Assembly (NCBI GenBank): GCA_963822965.1
Contig: CAWGJT010000010.1
Span: 448,001-512,000, forward strand
Length of the DNA stretch: 64,000 nt
Direction: 5' to 3'
From: an uncultured delta proteobacterium
Lineage (GTDB): Bacteria; Myxococcota_A; UBA9160; UBA4427
Below the pieces are notes generated by a model, which saw only the letters and a program-made list of their open reading frames with translations, searched no databases and was not told the DNA's origin. Of the stretch, positions 1 to 9,786 are shown piece by piece. The stretch's first letter is position 1. Every line of letters starts with the position of its first letter. Made by a program: the position numbers and the translations under genes.

Positions 1-1
1 C

Positions 2-1195
2 CACCGGGACGCGCAGCTGCGCATGGAGCGGGGGCTCCGGCAGCACAAGGGGCTGTGCGTCCTGACGGGAGAGGGCGGCACGGGCAAGACGCTGCTGGCA
101 CGCCGCATCCTGGACTCCCTCGAGGAGGAGATGTTCGACGCGAACCTGATGGTGATGCTCGCGGGCGCGGCCGACGCCGAGTCGGTGCTGTCGCGCTTCG
201 CCCGTCAGGTGGGCATCGAAGACCCGAGCGCGGATCGCTCGGCGCTGCTCGCGCAGCTCTACGAGCAGCTCGCCATCGTGCGGGAGGACGGGCGCCACAC
301 GGTGCTGATCCTCGACGATGCGCACATCCTGAGCCGCGAAGCGATGGCCGAGGTGTGTGGGCTCCTGAATCTCGAGTACGAGGATCGGCGTCTCCTCTCG
401 CTGCTGCTCGTCGGTGTTCCCGGGCTCGACGTCACGCTCTCCCACGAGGCCTCGCTGGGTGCGCGCGTGGACGTCCGGGTGCAGCTCTCGCCCCTGGACC
501 TCGCGAACTCCCGCGCCTACCTGGCCCACCGGCTCCAGGTCGTGGGCGGCGGCCCCGAGATCTTCGGCGAGGGCGCCATCGCCTCGCTCTTCAAGCTCGG
601 TCGCGGCAGGCCGCGGCTGCTCAACACGCTGGCGGACAACGCCCTCTTCGAGGCCTACCTCGCCGGCGAGAAGCAGGTCGACGCCGTCCACGTGGAGCGG
701 TCGGCCTCGGACCTCGGAATCGGCGCCGACCCCGGGCAGACCTACTCGGAGATTCCCGTGGGTCGCACGCCCACCCACGGCGCCGCCGCGCCGAAGCCCA
801 GCCCCGCGCAGGCCACGGTCGTGGCCGACCTCGACGATCCCAACGAGGATTCGGCGCTCGAGCTCTCCACCGTCGCGGCGCCCGGCGAAGACGACGACGT
901 AGACCTCGGCTCGCTGCTCGAGGGGGGCGACGACGGCGACCTCACGGTGCTGACCATGGACTCGGAGCTCGGGGGTGGCGGGTCGGGGCTGCGCGACCTC
1001 GACGCCGAGATGGCGCACGCCTCGCTGACGGATCCCAGCGGCCCGGCCGACGATCCGCTGCCGGCCTTCGCCGCCGCCAACTCCCGGGCGCCGCGCAGCG
1101 CCGAGCCCACCCGGGTGGCGTTCTCCGACGAGGCGCCGGCGTCCCGCACCGGCGACGAGATCGAGGATCTGTTCGTCGAGCTGATCGAGGAGTAG
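2..1195 (+). CDS. ExeA/GspA-like AAA ATPase, 5' end outside window, with acidic low-complexity C-terminal tail
   Basis: Walker A GEGGTGKT, Walker B LILDDAH, G-x-PRLLN motif; frame is open to the window edge. Confidence 0.8.
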   Translation, partial: HRDAQLRMERGLRQHKGLCVLTGEGGTGKTLLARRILDSLEEEMFDANLMVMLAGAADAESVLSRFARQVGIEDPSADRSALLAQLYEQLAIVREDGRHTVLILDDAHILSREAMAEVCGLLNLEYEDRRLLSLLLVGVPGLDVTLSHEASLGARVDVRVQLSPLDLANSRAYLAHRLQVVGGGPEIFGEGAIASLFKLGRGRPRLLNTLADNALFEAYLAGEKQVDAVHVERSASDLGIGADPGQTYSEIPVGRTPTHGAAAPKPSPAQATVVADLDDPNEDSALELSTVAAPGEDDDVDLGSLLEGGDDGDLTVLTMDSELGGGGSGLRDLDAEMAHASLTDPSGPADDPLPAFAAANSRAPRSAEPTRVAFSDEAPASRTGDEIEDLFVELIEE

Positions 1196-1249
1196 GCCCG
1201 GGCTCCGGCTTCGGATAGCGTCCTGCGCGAGCACCGGCAGGAGGCCACC

Positions 1250-3310
1250 GTGGGACCCGAGAATCTGGAAGCCGCCGCCGCGGCGTTCGAGCACCTGCTC
1301 TCTCCGGGGCGGATCGGCTCCCTCGAGCTGCGCAACCGCATCGTCATGTCCCCGATGGGCTCGAACCTGTGCGAGCCCGACGGCCATCTCGGCGAGCGGA
1401 TCCTCCGCTACTACGAGGAGCGCGCGCGCGGCGGCGTCGGCATGCTCATCGTGGGCGTCGCGGCGATCACCTGGCCCGACGGCGCCTGCAATCCGAACCA
1501 GGTCGCGATCTCCGACGACGTGTTCCTGCCCGGTCTGCGCGAGCTCGCCCGGCGCGCCCACGAGCACGGCGCCCGGGCGGCCGTCCAGCTGCAGCACGCG
1601 GGCAAGGTGGCGGTGCGGGACATCGTGGCGGGGCGCCCGATGTGGGTTCCCTCGATTCCCGACTACAAGGCGGGCGATCTCACGAGCGAGCTCACCCCCG
1701 AGGAGATGGGACGCTTCGTGGGGTCCCTGCGCAGCAAGACCGCCCGTCTCGCGTTTCACGAGATGAGCGAAGGCGACGTCGCCCATCTCGTGGATCGCTT
1801 CGCCGAGGCGGCCCTGCGCGCCCGGCGCGCGGGCTTCGACGGCGTCGAGCTACACGCCGGTCACGGCTACATCCTCTCCGAGTTCCTGTCGCCGGCGAGC
1901 AACCGCAGGCAGGACGCGTACGGGGGACCCATCGAGAACCGCGCGCGCTTCCTGGTGGAGACGATCCGCGCCGTGAAGGAGCGCGCCGGCGCGGACTTCC
2001 CGGTCTGGTGCCGCATCGACGGTCGCGAGTACCGGACACCGGGCGGAATCGAGCCCGAGGATGCCCAGCGCGCTGCCGAGCTCGCCGAGGCCGCCGGCGC
2101 CGACGCCATCCACGTGAGCGCCTATGCGGATTCGACCGTGGGCGCCGCCTTCACCGAGGCGCCGCTCGTGCACCAGCCCTGCGGCTTCGTCCCGCTGGCG
2201 GAGGGCGTGAAGCAGCGCGTGGGGATCCCGGTGATCGCCGTGGGCCGCATCGAGCCCGAGGACGGCGAGGCGCTGCTCGCGCGCGGGGGGGCCGACTTCG
2301 TGTCCATGGCGCGCAAGCTCCTCGCCGATCCCTGGCTCGCGCAGAAGCTCATCCAGGGACGGCGCGCGGACGTCCGCCCCTGCATCTACTGCTACACGTG
2401 CGTGGGCCGCATCTTCCTGAACCAGGAGAGCGCCTGCGCGGTCAACCCCCTGTCCGGCCGGGAGCTCGAGGCCGGGGACGCCACGCCCCCGCGCGCGGCG
2501 ACGCCGCGTCGGGTGCTGGTGGTGGGTGGCGGGCCGGCCGGCCTGGAGGCGGCGCGGGTGGCCGCCCTCCGCGGTCACGCCGTGACCCTGTGCGAGCGGT
2601 CTCGATCCCTGGGCGGCGTCCTGCGGATCTCGGGCCACGTGAACGCTCCGAACGCGCGGCTGGTCGAGTGGCTCGAGCGCCAGGTGCATGCGCTGGGCGT
2701 CACGGTGCGGCTGGGCGAAGAGGTGACGCCGGAGCGCGCCGCGGCGCTGGGCGCCGACGTCGCCCTCGTGGCCACCGGGGCCGCCCGACCGCGCGGCGCC
2801 GACGACCCCGACGTCTGGACGGTGGACGACCTCGTGGATGCCGACGGCAAGCTGCGGGAGCCCGGATCCCGCATCGTGGTGCAGGGCGGGGGCGGCGTCG
2901 GCCTCTCCCTCGCCGACCACTGGAGCGAGCGCGGTCGTGGGGTGACCGTGCTCGAGGAGAGCGCGACCTTCGGCGCCCAGCTCGCGCCCCCCCGGCGCTG
3001 GCGGGTGCTGGCCGCCCTGCGCGAGCGCGGCGTGGAGCTGCTGCGCCGGGTGCGAGTGGACGCGCGCGACGCCGGGACGGTGCGCTTCTCGCTTCCGCTG
3101 GAGTCCGAGGACGCGGCGCTCGCCGGCTGGAGCGCCGAGGAACGGCGCTACGACACCCTGCTCCTGACGGGGGGCTGGCAGCCCGACCTCTCCCTCGCCG
3201 AAGCGCTGGCGGCGAGCGGCCTCGCCGTGCACGCCATCGGAGACTGTCGCGAGGTCGCGCTGGTCGAGGGCGCGATGCGGGATGCCAACCGGATTTCTCG
3301 CGCGCTCTGA
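1250..3310 (+). CDS. NADH:flavin oxidoreductase (old yellow enzyme / 2,4-dienoyl-CoA reductase-like)
   Basis: LRNRIVMSPM, GFDGVELHAGHGY, Fe-S motif CIYCYTC...C, FAD-binding VVGGGPAGLEAA. Confidence 0.9.
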   Translation: MGPENLEAAAAAFEHLLSPGRIGSLELRNRIVMSPMGSNLCEPDGHLGERILRYYEERARGGVGMLIVGVAAITWPDGACNPNQVAISDDVFLPGLRELARRAHEHGARAAVQLQHAGKVAVRDIVAGRPMWVPSIPDYKAGDLTSELTPEEMGRFVGSLRSKTARLAFHEMSEGDVAHLVDRFAEAALRARRAGFDGVELHAGHGYILSEFLSPASNRRQDAYGGPIENRARFLVETIRAVKERAGADFPVWCRIDGREYRTPGGIEPEDAQRAAELAEAAGADAIHVSAYADSTVGAAFTEAPLVHQPCGFVPLAEGVKQRVGIPVIAVGRIEPEDGEALLARGGADFVSMARKLLADPWLAQKLIQGRRADVRPCIYCYTCVGRIFLNQESACAVNPLSGRELEAGDATPPRAATPRRVLVVGGGPAGLEAARVAALRGHAVTLCERSRSLGGVLRISGHVNAPNARLVEWLERQVHALGVTVRLGEEVTPERAAALGADVALVATGAARPRGADDPDVWTVDDLVDADGKLREPGSRIVVQGGGGVGLSLADHWSERGRGVTVLEESATFGAQLAPPRRWRVLAALRERGVELLRRVRVDARDAGTVRFSLPLESEDAALAGWSAEERRYDTLLLTGGWQPDLSLAEALAASGLAVHAIGDCREVALVEGAMRDANRISRAL

Positions 3311-3426
3311 TTTCCGAGGTGCGGCGAGCGCCTTCACCCCCGACCTGCGCGCACACGGGTGTGCAGGCGGGGACGGCCCCTCCGCAGGGCTCGCCGGCCG
3401 GGATAGACTGGGGCGAGGAGCCCCCC

Positions 3427-3861
3427 GTGTCGCGTTCTTCCCTCGCCGTACTCCTCGCGCTCTGCGCCTCGCTGCTCGGCTCGACGTGCGAGTTCCGCGC
3501 TTCGAGCGGGAAGCACGAATGCCGCAAGGACTGCGAATCCGGCGTGAGCGTGATCGTCGATACCCGGGTCGGCGGCAGCTCCGGGGGGACCGCCGCCGGC
3601 GCCTTCGACCCGGCGGAGATCGTGCAGGCAGCCCTGGCGGCGAGCGGGGCTCCGCCGATCCCCGAGGCGGCGACGGCGGGGCAGGGCGCCGCGAGCGCGC
3701 CGGCTCCGGTGGCGGCTCCCGGGCTGGCCCTCGTCCGGGCCCAGCCGGCGGAAGCCGTGGCCGTGGGCGCGATTCCGGAGCCGACCGCCGTCCGGCTCTT
3801 CGGCCTGGGCCTCGTGCTGGCGGGGCTCGCCTGGAGCCGTCGGCGTCGCGCTCGCTCCTGA
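3427..3861 (+). CDS. Small PEP-CTERM surface protein
   Basis: GAGGAG RBS then GTG; hydrophobic N-terminus; C-terminal IPEP + TM helix + RRRRARS. Present only as the tail of a long spurious ORF in the track. Confidence 0.7.
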   Translation: MSRSSLAVLLALCASLLGSTCEFRASSGKHECRKDCESGVSVIVDTRVGGSSGGTAAGAFDPAEIVQAALAASGAPPIPEAATAGQGAASAPAPVAAPGLALVRAQPAEAVAVGAIPEPTAVRLFGLGLVLAGLAWSRRRRARS

Positions 3862-3970
3862 GGGCCCGCCCGGCCGGCCCCGTGCCCTCACACGCTGCCC
3901 CAAGTTCACGCGCCCGCGCTCCGATGTAGGAGGCTCGGGCGGTCGCCGCTGTTCGCCCGCGGGGACCCAC

Positions 3971-5539
3971 GTGACCTTCGAGTACTCCCCCAGCATCTGG
4001 CCCTTCCTCGTCTCCCTCGGTCTGAGCGCGGGGCTCGGGCTGTATGCCCTGCGCAAGCAGACCCTCGCCGCGGCGGGGACCTTCGCCTGGCTGATGGCCG
4101 CGCTCACCGTGTGGACAGCCTGCTACGTGCTCGAGCTCTCGAGCCCGGGAGCCGAGGCCAAGCTGTTCTGGGCCTCGGCGAAGTACCTGGGCAGCGCGTC
4201 CGCGCCGGTGCTCTGGTTCGTCCTCGCCCTGCGTCTCACGAACCGGGGGCACTGGCTCACGCCCGGCGTGCGGGCCGCGCTCTGGATCTATGCGCTGGGC
4301 ACGATGGGGGCGGTCTGGACGAACGGGCTCCACGGGCAGTTCTGGACGGAGTTCGTCGTCGTCCCGGAGCTTCCGGAAAACCAGGCCGTCCAGGGGCCTC
4401 TCTTCTGGGTCTACGGGGTGGGCTGCTACGGGCTGGTGGTGGCGAGCTCGGCTCTCTTCTTCGAGCGCTACTGGCACGCCCCGTTCTTCTACAAGCGCCA
4501 GGCCGTCTTCCTGGCCCTCGGTGGCATCTGGCCCCTGGCGGGACGGACCCTGCACGACTTCTTCGGGATCGATCTCCTCCCCCACGTCGACCCGGTGATC
4601 CTGCTGCTGCTGATGTCGGGGATCTGCTTTGCGCTCGCGATCTTCCGCTACGGCGCACTGGACATCGTGCACGTCGCCCACGAGCTCGTGGTGCAGAACA
4701 TCGGCGCCGGCATCGTGGTGATCGATCTCCATGAGCGGGTGGTGGAGCTCAATCCGTACATGAAGCGTCTGCTCGAGCCGGGGCTCGGTCAGCCGGTGGG
4801 GCGAGCGCTGCGCGAGGTCCTCCCGGGGTGGCCGGATCTCACGATCGGCCCGAACGAGAACGAGATCGCCGTCGGCTCGGGACCCGAGTGCTCGTGGTAC
4901 CAGGTGCACCGTTCGGCGATCGGTCTCGAGACGGGGGCCCCGGCCGGGCAGGTGTTCGTGCTGCTCGACGTCACCGCGCGCAAGCGGGCGGAGCAGGAGC
5001 TCGAAGCGCTGGCGCGAACCGACGCGCTGACCGGCATTCCGAATCGGCGCTCGTTCGGCGAGATGGCGGCCGCCGAATGCGCGCGAGCGCGCCGCCACAA
5101 GCGCGGCGTCGCGCTCATCCTGTTCGACGTGGATCGATTCAAGGCCGTGAACGACGAGTACGGCCATCCGGCGGGCGACGCGGTACTGCGCGAGATCGCC
5201 CGGCGCTGCCAGCGCGGTGTGCGCGCCACGGATCTGCTGGCCCGGATCGGCGGCGAGGAGTTCGCGTACCTGCTCGCCGACAGCAACCTCGAGGACGCCC
5301 TCATCACCGCGGAGCGCCTGCGCGAGCTCATCGTCGGGGCCCCGTTCGAGGTGGGTCCGGACGCGCTTCCGCTCCGGGTGAGCGTGAGCATCGGGGTGAG
5401 CCACGCCCGGGGAGAGGCCGCCGACCTGGAGGAGCTGATCGCCCGGGCGGACGGCGCCCTCTACGCCGCCAAGTCGTCCGGCCGCAACCGCGTGGCGGCT
5501 GCCGACCCGGCCACGGCGGTCCCCGGGCCGTCCTCCTGA
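3971..5539 (+). CDS. Diguanylate cyclase (7TM sensor + PAS + GGDEF)
   Basis: About 7 N-terminal TM segments; DALTGIPNRR, DVDRFKAVND, RATD I-site, GGEEF. Confidence 0.9.
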   Translation: MTFEYSPSIWPFLVSLGLSAGLGLYALRKQTLAAAGTFAWLMAALTVWTACYVLELSSPGAEAKLFWASAKYLGSASAPVLWFVLALRLTNRGHWLTPGVRAALWIYALGTMGAVWTNGLHGQFWTEFVVVPELPENQAVQGPLFWVYGVGCYGLVVASSALFFERYWHAPFFYKRQAVFLALGGIWPLAGRTLHDFFGIDLLPHVDPVILLLLMSGICFALAIFRYGALDIVHVAHELVVQNIGAGIVVIDLHERVVELNPYMKRLLEPGLGQPVGRALREVLPGWPDLTIGPNENEIAVGSGPECSWYQVHRSAIGLETGAPAGQVFVLLDVTARKRAEQELEALARTDALTGIPNRRSFGEMAAAECARARRHKRGVALILFDVDRFKAVNDEYGHPAGDAVLREIARRCQRGVRATDLLARIGGEEFAYLLADSNLEDALITAERLRELIVGAPFEVGPDALPLRVSVSIGVSHARGEAADLEELIARADGALYAAKSSGRNRVAAADPATAVPGPSS

Positions 5540-5591
5540 CGCCCGGCCCCGTACCCCGCGCCGGAATCCGGTGCTAGCCTCGCCACCGGAT

Positions 5592-5667
5592 GCGCGAGTA
5601 GCTCAGTTGGTAGAGCATCAGCTTCCCAAGCTGAGGGTCGCCGGTTCGAACCCGGTCTCGCGCTCCA
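5592..5667 (+). tRNA. tRNA-Gly (anticodon CCC)
   Basis: 76-nt cloverleaf: GCGCGAG/CTCGCGC acceptor stem, TCAGC-TTCCCAA-GCTGA anticodon arm, GGTTCGAAC T-loop, encoded CCA. Confidence 0.97.
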
Positions 5668-5675
5668 TGATTTTG

Positions 5676-5713
5676 AGAGGCATCGCACTCGGTTGCGGTG
5701 CCTCTTTCTTTTT
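5676..5713 (+). terminator. Intrinsic terminator after tRNA-Gly
   Basis: AGAGGCATCGCA / TGCGGTGCCTCT stem followed by TTCTTTTT. Confidence 0.75.
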
Positions 5714-6007
5714 GGGTTGGGTCCCTTGTCCTGGAGCGCTGGCTGCGTGCTGCCAAGCTCCCTGTCCGCATTGAATCCACTTCGCACCCGGCATCGCCGC
5801 CTCGGCGGTGAGCAGAACGCGCAAGCTCAACGGCGACGAAGGCATGCCGGATCTCACGGTCGGGACTTGGGCCGGAAGCGAGTGTTGCTGACGTATCCGA
5901 CTTTCGTCGGTCGCGATCCGTGGCCGAGAGACCGATCTGATCAGTGCGGGGACTGGATTTCGGTATGGCGATTTGGATGACACTAACGATGGATATCTGT
6001 GTAGGAT

Positions 6008-7396
6008 ATGCGTATGGCTACACGACTCCTGCTCCTGATCCCCTTCTTCGCCCTTTCTCTGAGCGGACGAGCCTGGGGCGGGCCTCTGTGTGTCCCAATG
6101 CCAGCCGGCATCCCGGGTGAAGCTGGTCCACCGGAATGGTGGGGCGTAGTCACGGGCCAGCGCGAGGACCCGCGCTGGTGTGGCGCGCTTGGCGTTGGCC
6201 ACGTGGAAGACCGGGGGCGTTTTCAGATGCTCACGGCGAACGATGCGGGGACGGATCATCTCTACTTGAGCTGGGAAATTCGCGCCGCGGGCGGGGGAGG
6301 AGCCGCCGACATCCTCTACTTCGGGTTCGTCGACCCCGGCTTCGGCGTGGGTACCGCATTCAAGATCACGGTACCCACGGATACCGGTGTCGGAACGATC
6401 GCAAAGGTCCCGATCGCGTCCGGGCAGGTTCAATGGCGTGCGAAGCTCGCCTCCGGCGTCGCCTGGGGCGCGTGGTCGGTCAGCAATGCAGGCACCGCGC
6501 CATGGATGCAGGACACGGGGCGCTATTGGGTGGACTGCAGCGGGAACTGCGACACGTACACCGTCATGGTCCGGATCCCGATCGACGCCAATGCGGCACC
6601 GAACGATTTCGATCTCGGCCTGAATATCGCGAACGACACGCTCTTCTGGTACGACATTCAGGTGTTGCAGCCTGGCTTGCCGCCCACCACTGCTCACCAC
6701 GCTTTGCCTGAAGGTCACGCTTTCTCTGTCGCGAATTTCGGCAACCCCGCTTATCCGTCGAACAGCGATTGGGCTGTGTTGCAGCTTTCGGGTGCTGGCT
6801 GCGAGACTGGCGTCGCGGTCGATACGAACGATGTGTACGTGACCCACGGGCCCTCCTCGCCCGATCACGTCATCACGATCGACAACACACTGCACACGAC
6901 ACCTGGCAACGACTCGGGGGGCGCGCTCGATGGCGATGCGGTGAGTTCACGTATTCGCATGTCGAACTGGGGGACGGCAGGCCCCGGTGACGCACCCACA
7001 TGGGATGAAGTACCGGGCTGCGCTCTGGCAGTCGGAGCCGGCGTAGTTCTCGACGGCGCCGACTTCGACCTGACCTGCGATTGGATGCCTAGCATGGCCA
7101 CGCTTTGCGCGTACCGGCCGAGTGGAGCCCTGGGCACGCTCCCGCCCTGGGACGTGTGCATCGGCGCTGGGGTGCTCAGCCCCGAACAATGGCTGCTGGT
7201 CGAACTCTCGGCTGGGCCGGGCAGCACCGGGGACGTGCTTCTGCCCACGGCGAGCACGTGTCGGGCGGTGAGCGTGCTCGAGGCGCCAGCAGCGGTTCCC
7301 GGCGGCTCGCCGGGCGCCCATCTGCTGTTGATATCGACGCTGTCCCTACTTGCGGTTGCTGTGCTGGTGTCTAGACGTTCGCATCTCGACGCCTAG
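6008..7396 (+). CDS. Secreted Cys/Trp-rich hypothetical protein with IPTL/PEP-CTERM-like C-terminal anchor
   Basis: Signal peptide; C-terminus AVPGGSPGAH + TM helix + SRR. Confidence 0.7.
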   Translation: MRMATRLLLLIPFFALSLSGRAWGGPLCVPMPAGIPGEAGPPEWWGVVTGQREDPRWCGALGVGHVEDRGRFQMLTANDAGTDHLYLSWEIRAAGGGGAADILYFGFVDPGFGVGTAFKITVPTDTGVGTIAKVPIASGQVQWRAKLASGVAWGAWSVSNAGTAPWMQDTGRYWVDCSGNCDTYTVMVRIPIDANAAPNDFDLGLNIANDTLFWYDIQVLQPGLPPTTAHHALPEGHAFSVANFGNPAYPSNSDWAVLQLSGAGCETGVAVDTNDVYVTHGPSSPDHVITIDNTLHTTPGNDSGGALDGDAVSSRIRMSNWGTAGPGDAPTWDEVPGCALAVGAGVVLDGADFDLTCDWMPSMATLCAYRPSGALGTLPPWDVCIGAGVLSPEQWLLVELSAGPGSTGDVLLPTASTCRAVSVLEAPAAVPGGSPGAHLLLISTLSLLAVAVLVSRRSHLDA

Positions 7397-7497
7397 AACG
7401 CGCTCCACTGATCCGCCGCTTGCGACTACACCGAGGCGATCGCCGAAGAGGATTGCTTGCCGGGGTCGGTGAAGGTCGCGCCGCGTCAGCGCGAACC

Positions 7498-7935
7498 TCA
7501 GGACCCGACGTGGCTTTCGAGCTCGGCGATGTCCATCCGAAGCACAGCTTCGGCCTCCTGGTCAAAGAGGTTCCGGCTCCGTCGCGCACGCGCGAATGCG
7601 CGCCACATTGCTGCGGGTGCGGCTACCAGGCCTACGAGCAGGAAGCTCAGCCGGTCGATCCAATAGAAGATGTGCCAGTGACAGCCGCCGCTTCCGATCT
7701 CCCATGCCGCGAACTCGGCTTCGCCCCGCCACGTCGGCGGGTATCCAGCGAGCATGTGGTGCAGATCGTGGAGCACGATCGGTCCATCGCGACGGAGAAT
7801 CGGGAACACCGGAAAGCTGACGCCTCCAATCTTCAGCGAGACGATGTTGCCTGGGTACCAATCGCTACGTGTGCAGCCCTCGGCATAGATCCCAGTCTCC
7901 ACGAAGTGTCGATTGGGTGCTTCTTCGGCGGTCAT
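7498..7935 (-). CDS. Coq4-like metal-binding protein
   Basis: HDLHHMLAGYPPTWRGE matches the HDxxH-x11-E motif; ATGA overlap with upstream TetR. Confidence 0.55.
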   Translation of the reverse strand: MTAEEAPNRHFVETGIYAEGCTRSDWYPGNIVSLKIGGVSFPVFPILRRDGPIVLHDLHHMLAGYPPTWRGEAEFAAWEIGSGGCHWHIFYWIDRLSFLLVGLVAAPAAMWRAFARARRSRNLFDQEAEAVLRMDIAELESHVGS

Positions 7936-8561
7936 GATGATCCTCCCGGATGTTGGGCAAGAAGTCCGTGCATGATGAGTTGAACGTTCTCACGCAGCTG
8001 TTCGCGGACGTCGTCGAGCTCGACCGTGTCATTTGCGAGGTATGCAAAGAACCAGGTGAAGAATGCTGAATAGAGCACGATGGCGGCCCGGCCGGGTTCG
8101 ACGTCCCGGCGCAGATCGCCGCGCACCTGCAGCTCACCCAGCAGCGCGGTGAGCAGGCCGATCAAGCTCACGTCCGCTCGAAAGACCCCCTCGGCCAGCT
8201 CCGGGTCGGTCATCGCTGCCGCAACGAGCTGGCGCCAGAGATCCCGGCCGTGCATCGCGTACGGCGCGATCGCGTGACCGATCAACATCTCGACGGCGCG
8301 TACCGGATCGCGCGGAGGGTGTTTCAGCACCGCTTCGCCGGAACGCAGGCCCTCACGCGTATCGCGAGCGACGATCGCCAGCAGGATCTTCGGCTTTGAA
8401 GGGAAGTAGTTGTACAGCGTGCCCACCGCGAGCTTCGAACGCTTCGCGATCTCCTGCATGCTGGTGCGCCCGTAGCCCTTCTTGCGGGTGAAGAGGGCCT
8501 CTGCAGCCCGCAAGATGCGAATCTCCCTTTCGCGTGTCTGGCGTTGGCGAAGCCCGGTCAT
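7932..8561 (-). CDS. TetR/AcrR family regulator
   Basis: HTH RILRAAEALF...TSMQEIAKRSKLAVGTLYNYFPSK. Confidence 0.9.
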   Translation of the reverse strand: MTGLRQRQTREREIRILRAAEALFTRKKGYGRTSMQEIAKRSKLAVGTLYNYFPSKPKILLAIVARDTREGLRSGEAVLKHPPRDPVRAVEMLIGHAIAPYAMHGRDLWRQLVAAAMTDPELAEGVFRADVSLIGLLTALLGELQVRGDLRRDVEPGRAAIVLYSAFFTWFFAYLANDTVELDDVREQLRENVQLIMHGLLAQHPGGSS

Positions 8562-8689
8562 GGCTGCCTCGAAAATAATGAACGCATTCAGATTTGTGCG
8601 CCGAACCGTGAATCTGTCAATCGCTTGCAGATTGGGCCCGGACGGCGACAAGGCTGGGCCGACTACAGAGTGATGAACTCGGGCTGTGG

Positions 8690-8722
8690 GGGTCGCGGGT
8701 TCGAACCCTGTCTCGCGCTCCA
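8690..8722 (+). repeat. attR-like direct repeat of tRNA-Gly 3' end
   Basis: GGGTCGCGGGTTCGAACCCTGTCTCGCGCTCCA, 31/33 identical to 5635-5667. Confidence 0.9.
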
Positions 8723-8732
8723 GGATTTCCGA

Positions 8733-8763
8733 ACGCCCCCGCGATGGTGGATCGCGGGGGCGT
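8733..8763. terminator. Strong hairpin after the att repeat, probably the displaced original tRNA terminator
   Basis: Perfect 13-bp stem ACGCCCCCGCGAT / ATCGCGGGGGCGT. Confidence 0.6.
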
Positions 8764-8810
8764 CTTCCCGTGTGACAGCGCCCGGCGGTTCTTGCGCCGG
8801 CGTCTGCCGG

Positions 8811-9643
8811 TCAGCGACTCACCCGGCCACTCAGCGCGCCCACGTCGCGCTCTGCCTCCCGGGTCTGGCCGCCCAGCTCGAGGAAGCGGCGCATGTTGCG
8901 CTGGGCGGCCTCGGTGCGCAGCAGGGTCTGGAAGAGGTAGTCCTCTTCGACCAGGCCCTGGGCGAGGGGCAGCTCGGCGGCGTTCACCGACTGCTTGGCG
9001 AGGGCGACGGCCTCGGGCGGGAACGACGCGATGCGCCGGGCCAGGGCGTCGACGAAGGCCGCGATCTCGTCCGCGGGCAGCGCGCGGTTCAGCAGGCCCC
9101 AACGCTCGGCGGTGTCGGCGTCCAGGTCCTGGCCGCCGAGGATGATCTCGAGGGCGCGGCCGCGGCCGACGAGGCGGGGCAGGCGCTGGGTGCCGCCGCC
9201 GCCGGGCAGGATGCCGATGGGCACCTCCATCTGGTTGAAGACCGTCTTGCCGCGCACGCCGAAGCGCATGTCGAAGGCCTGGATCAGCTCGCAGCCCCCG
9301 CCGCCCACGCGGCCTTCGATGCGGGCGATCGTCGGCCTTCGGCATGGTGCGGTAGCGCTCGCACATCTGGTGGAAGGCGTTGCCGGCCTCGCGCTGGGGC
9401 GCGGTGTCGGTCGGAAAGCGCAGGATCGCCTCGACGTCGAAGTGCGCGATGAAGAAGTCGGGGTCGGCGCTCGCGAGCACGACGACCCGCACCGCAGGGT
9501 CGTCGCCCACCTGCCTGCCCGAAGCGGGCGAGCTCGCCGAAGAGCGGCAGGGTCATCACGTTGATCGGCGGCGCGTCGACGGTCGCCGTCGCGACGCCGT
9601 CCTTCACGACGACGTGCAGCAGCTCGTAGTCTTCGTAGGCCAT
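8811..9643 (-). CDS. Enoyl-CoA hydratase/isomerase family (two apparent frameshifts near 9510 and 9330)
   Basis: Three frames join: MAYEDY...PPINVM / DPAVRVVVLASADPDFFIAHFD / TIARIEGRVGGGGCE...GILPGGGGTQRLPRLVG. Confidence 0.85.
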
Positions 9644-9786
9644 GCAGGGCTCCCGGTGGCAGGGTGCGGATCGGCGTAGGGGCAGGCAGGGCGCCAGGAT
9701 GCCACAGGCCCCTCAAGCCCGGCCCGCCGGGAGGCCGATGCCAGGGAGACCCGTCCCGGAGCCGTGGCCCGAATAGGGAGCCCGAC

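Larger units (their letters stand above)
5668..8722. mobile_element. tRNA-Gly-anchored genomic islet without an integrase
   Basis: Bounded by the tRNA 3' end and its degenerate repeat at 8690-8722; visibly more A/T-rich than the flanks. Confidence 0.7.

Noticed and set aside
5714..6007. Integrase remnant at the left end of the islet
   Set aside because: No recognisable tyrosine or serine recombinase motif in the short frames.
8690..8722. Second tRNA gene
   Set aside because: Only the T-arm and acceptor 3' strand are present; no D-arm or anticodon arm.
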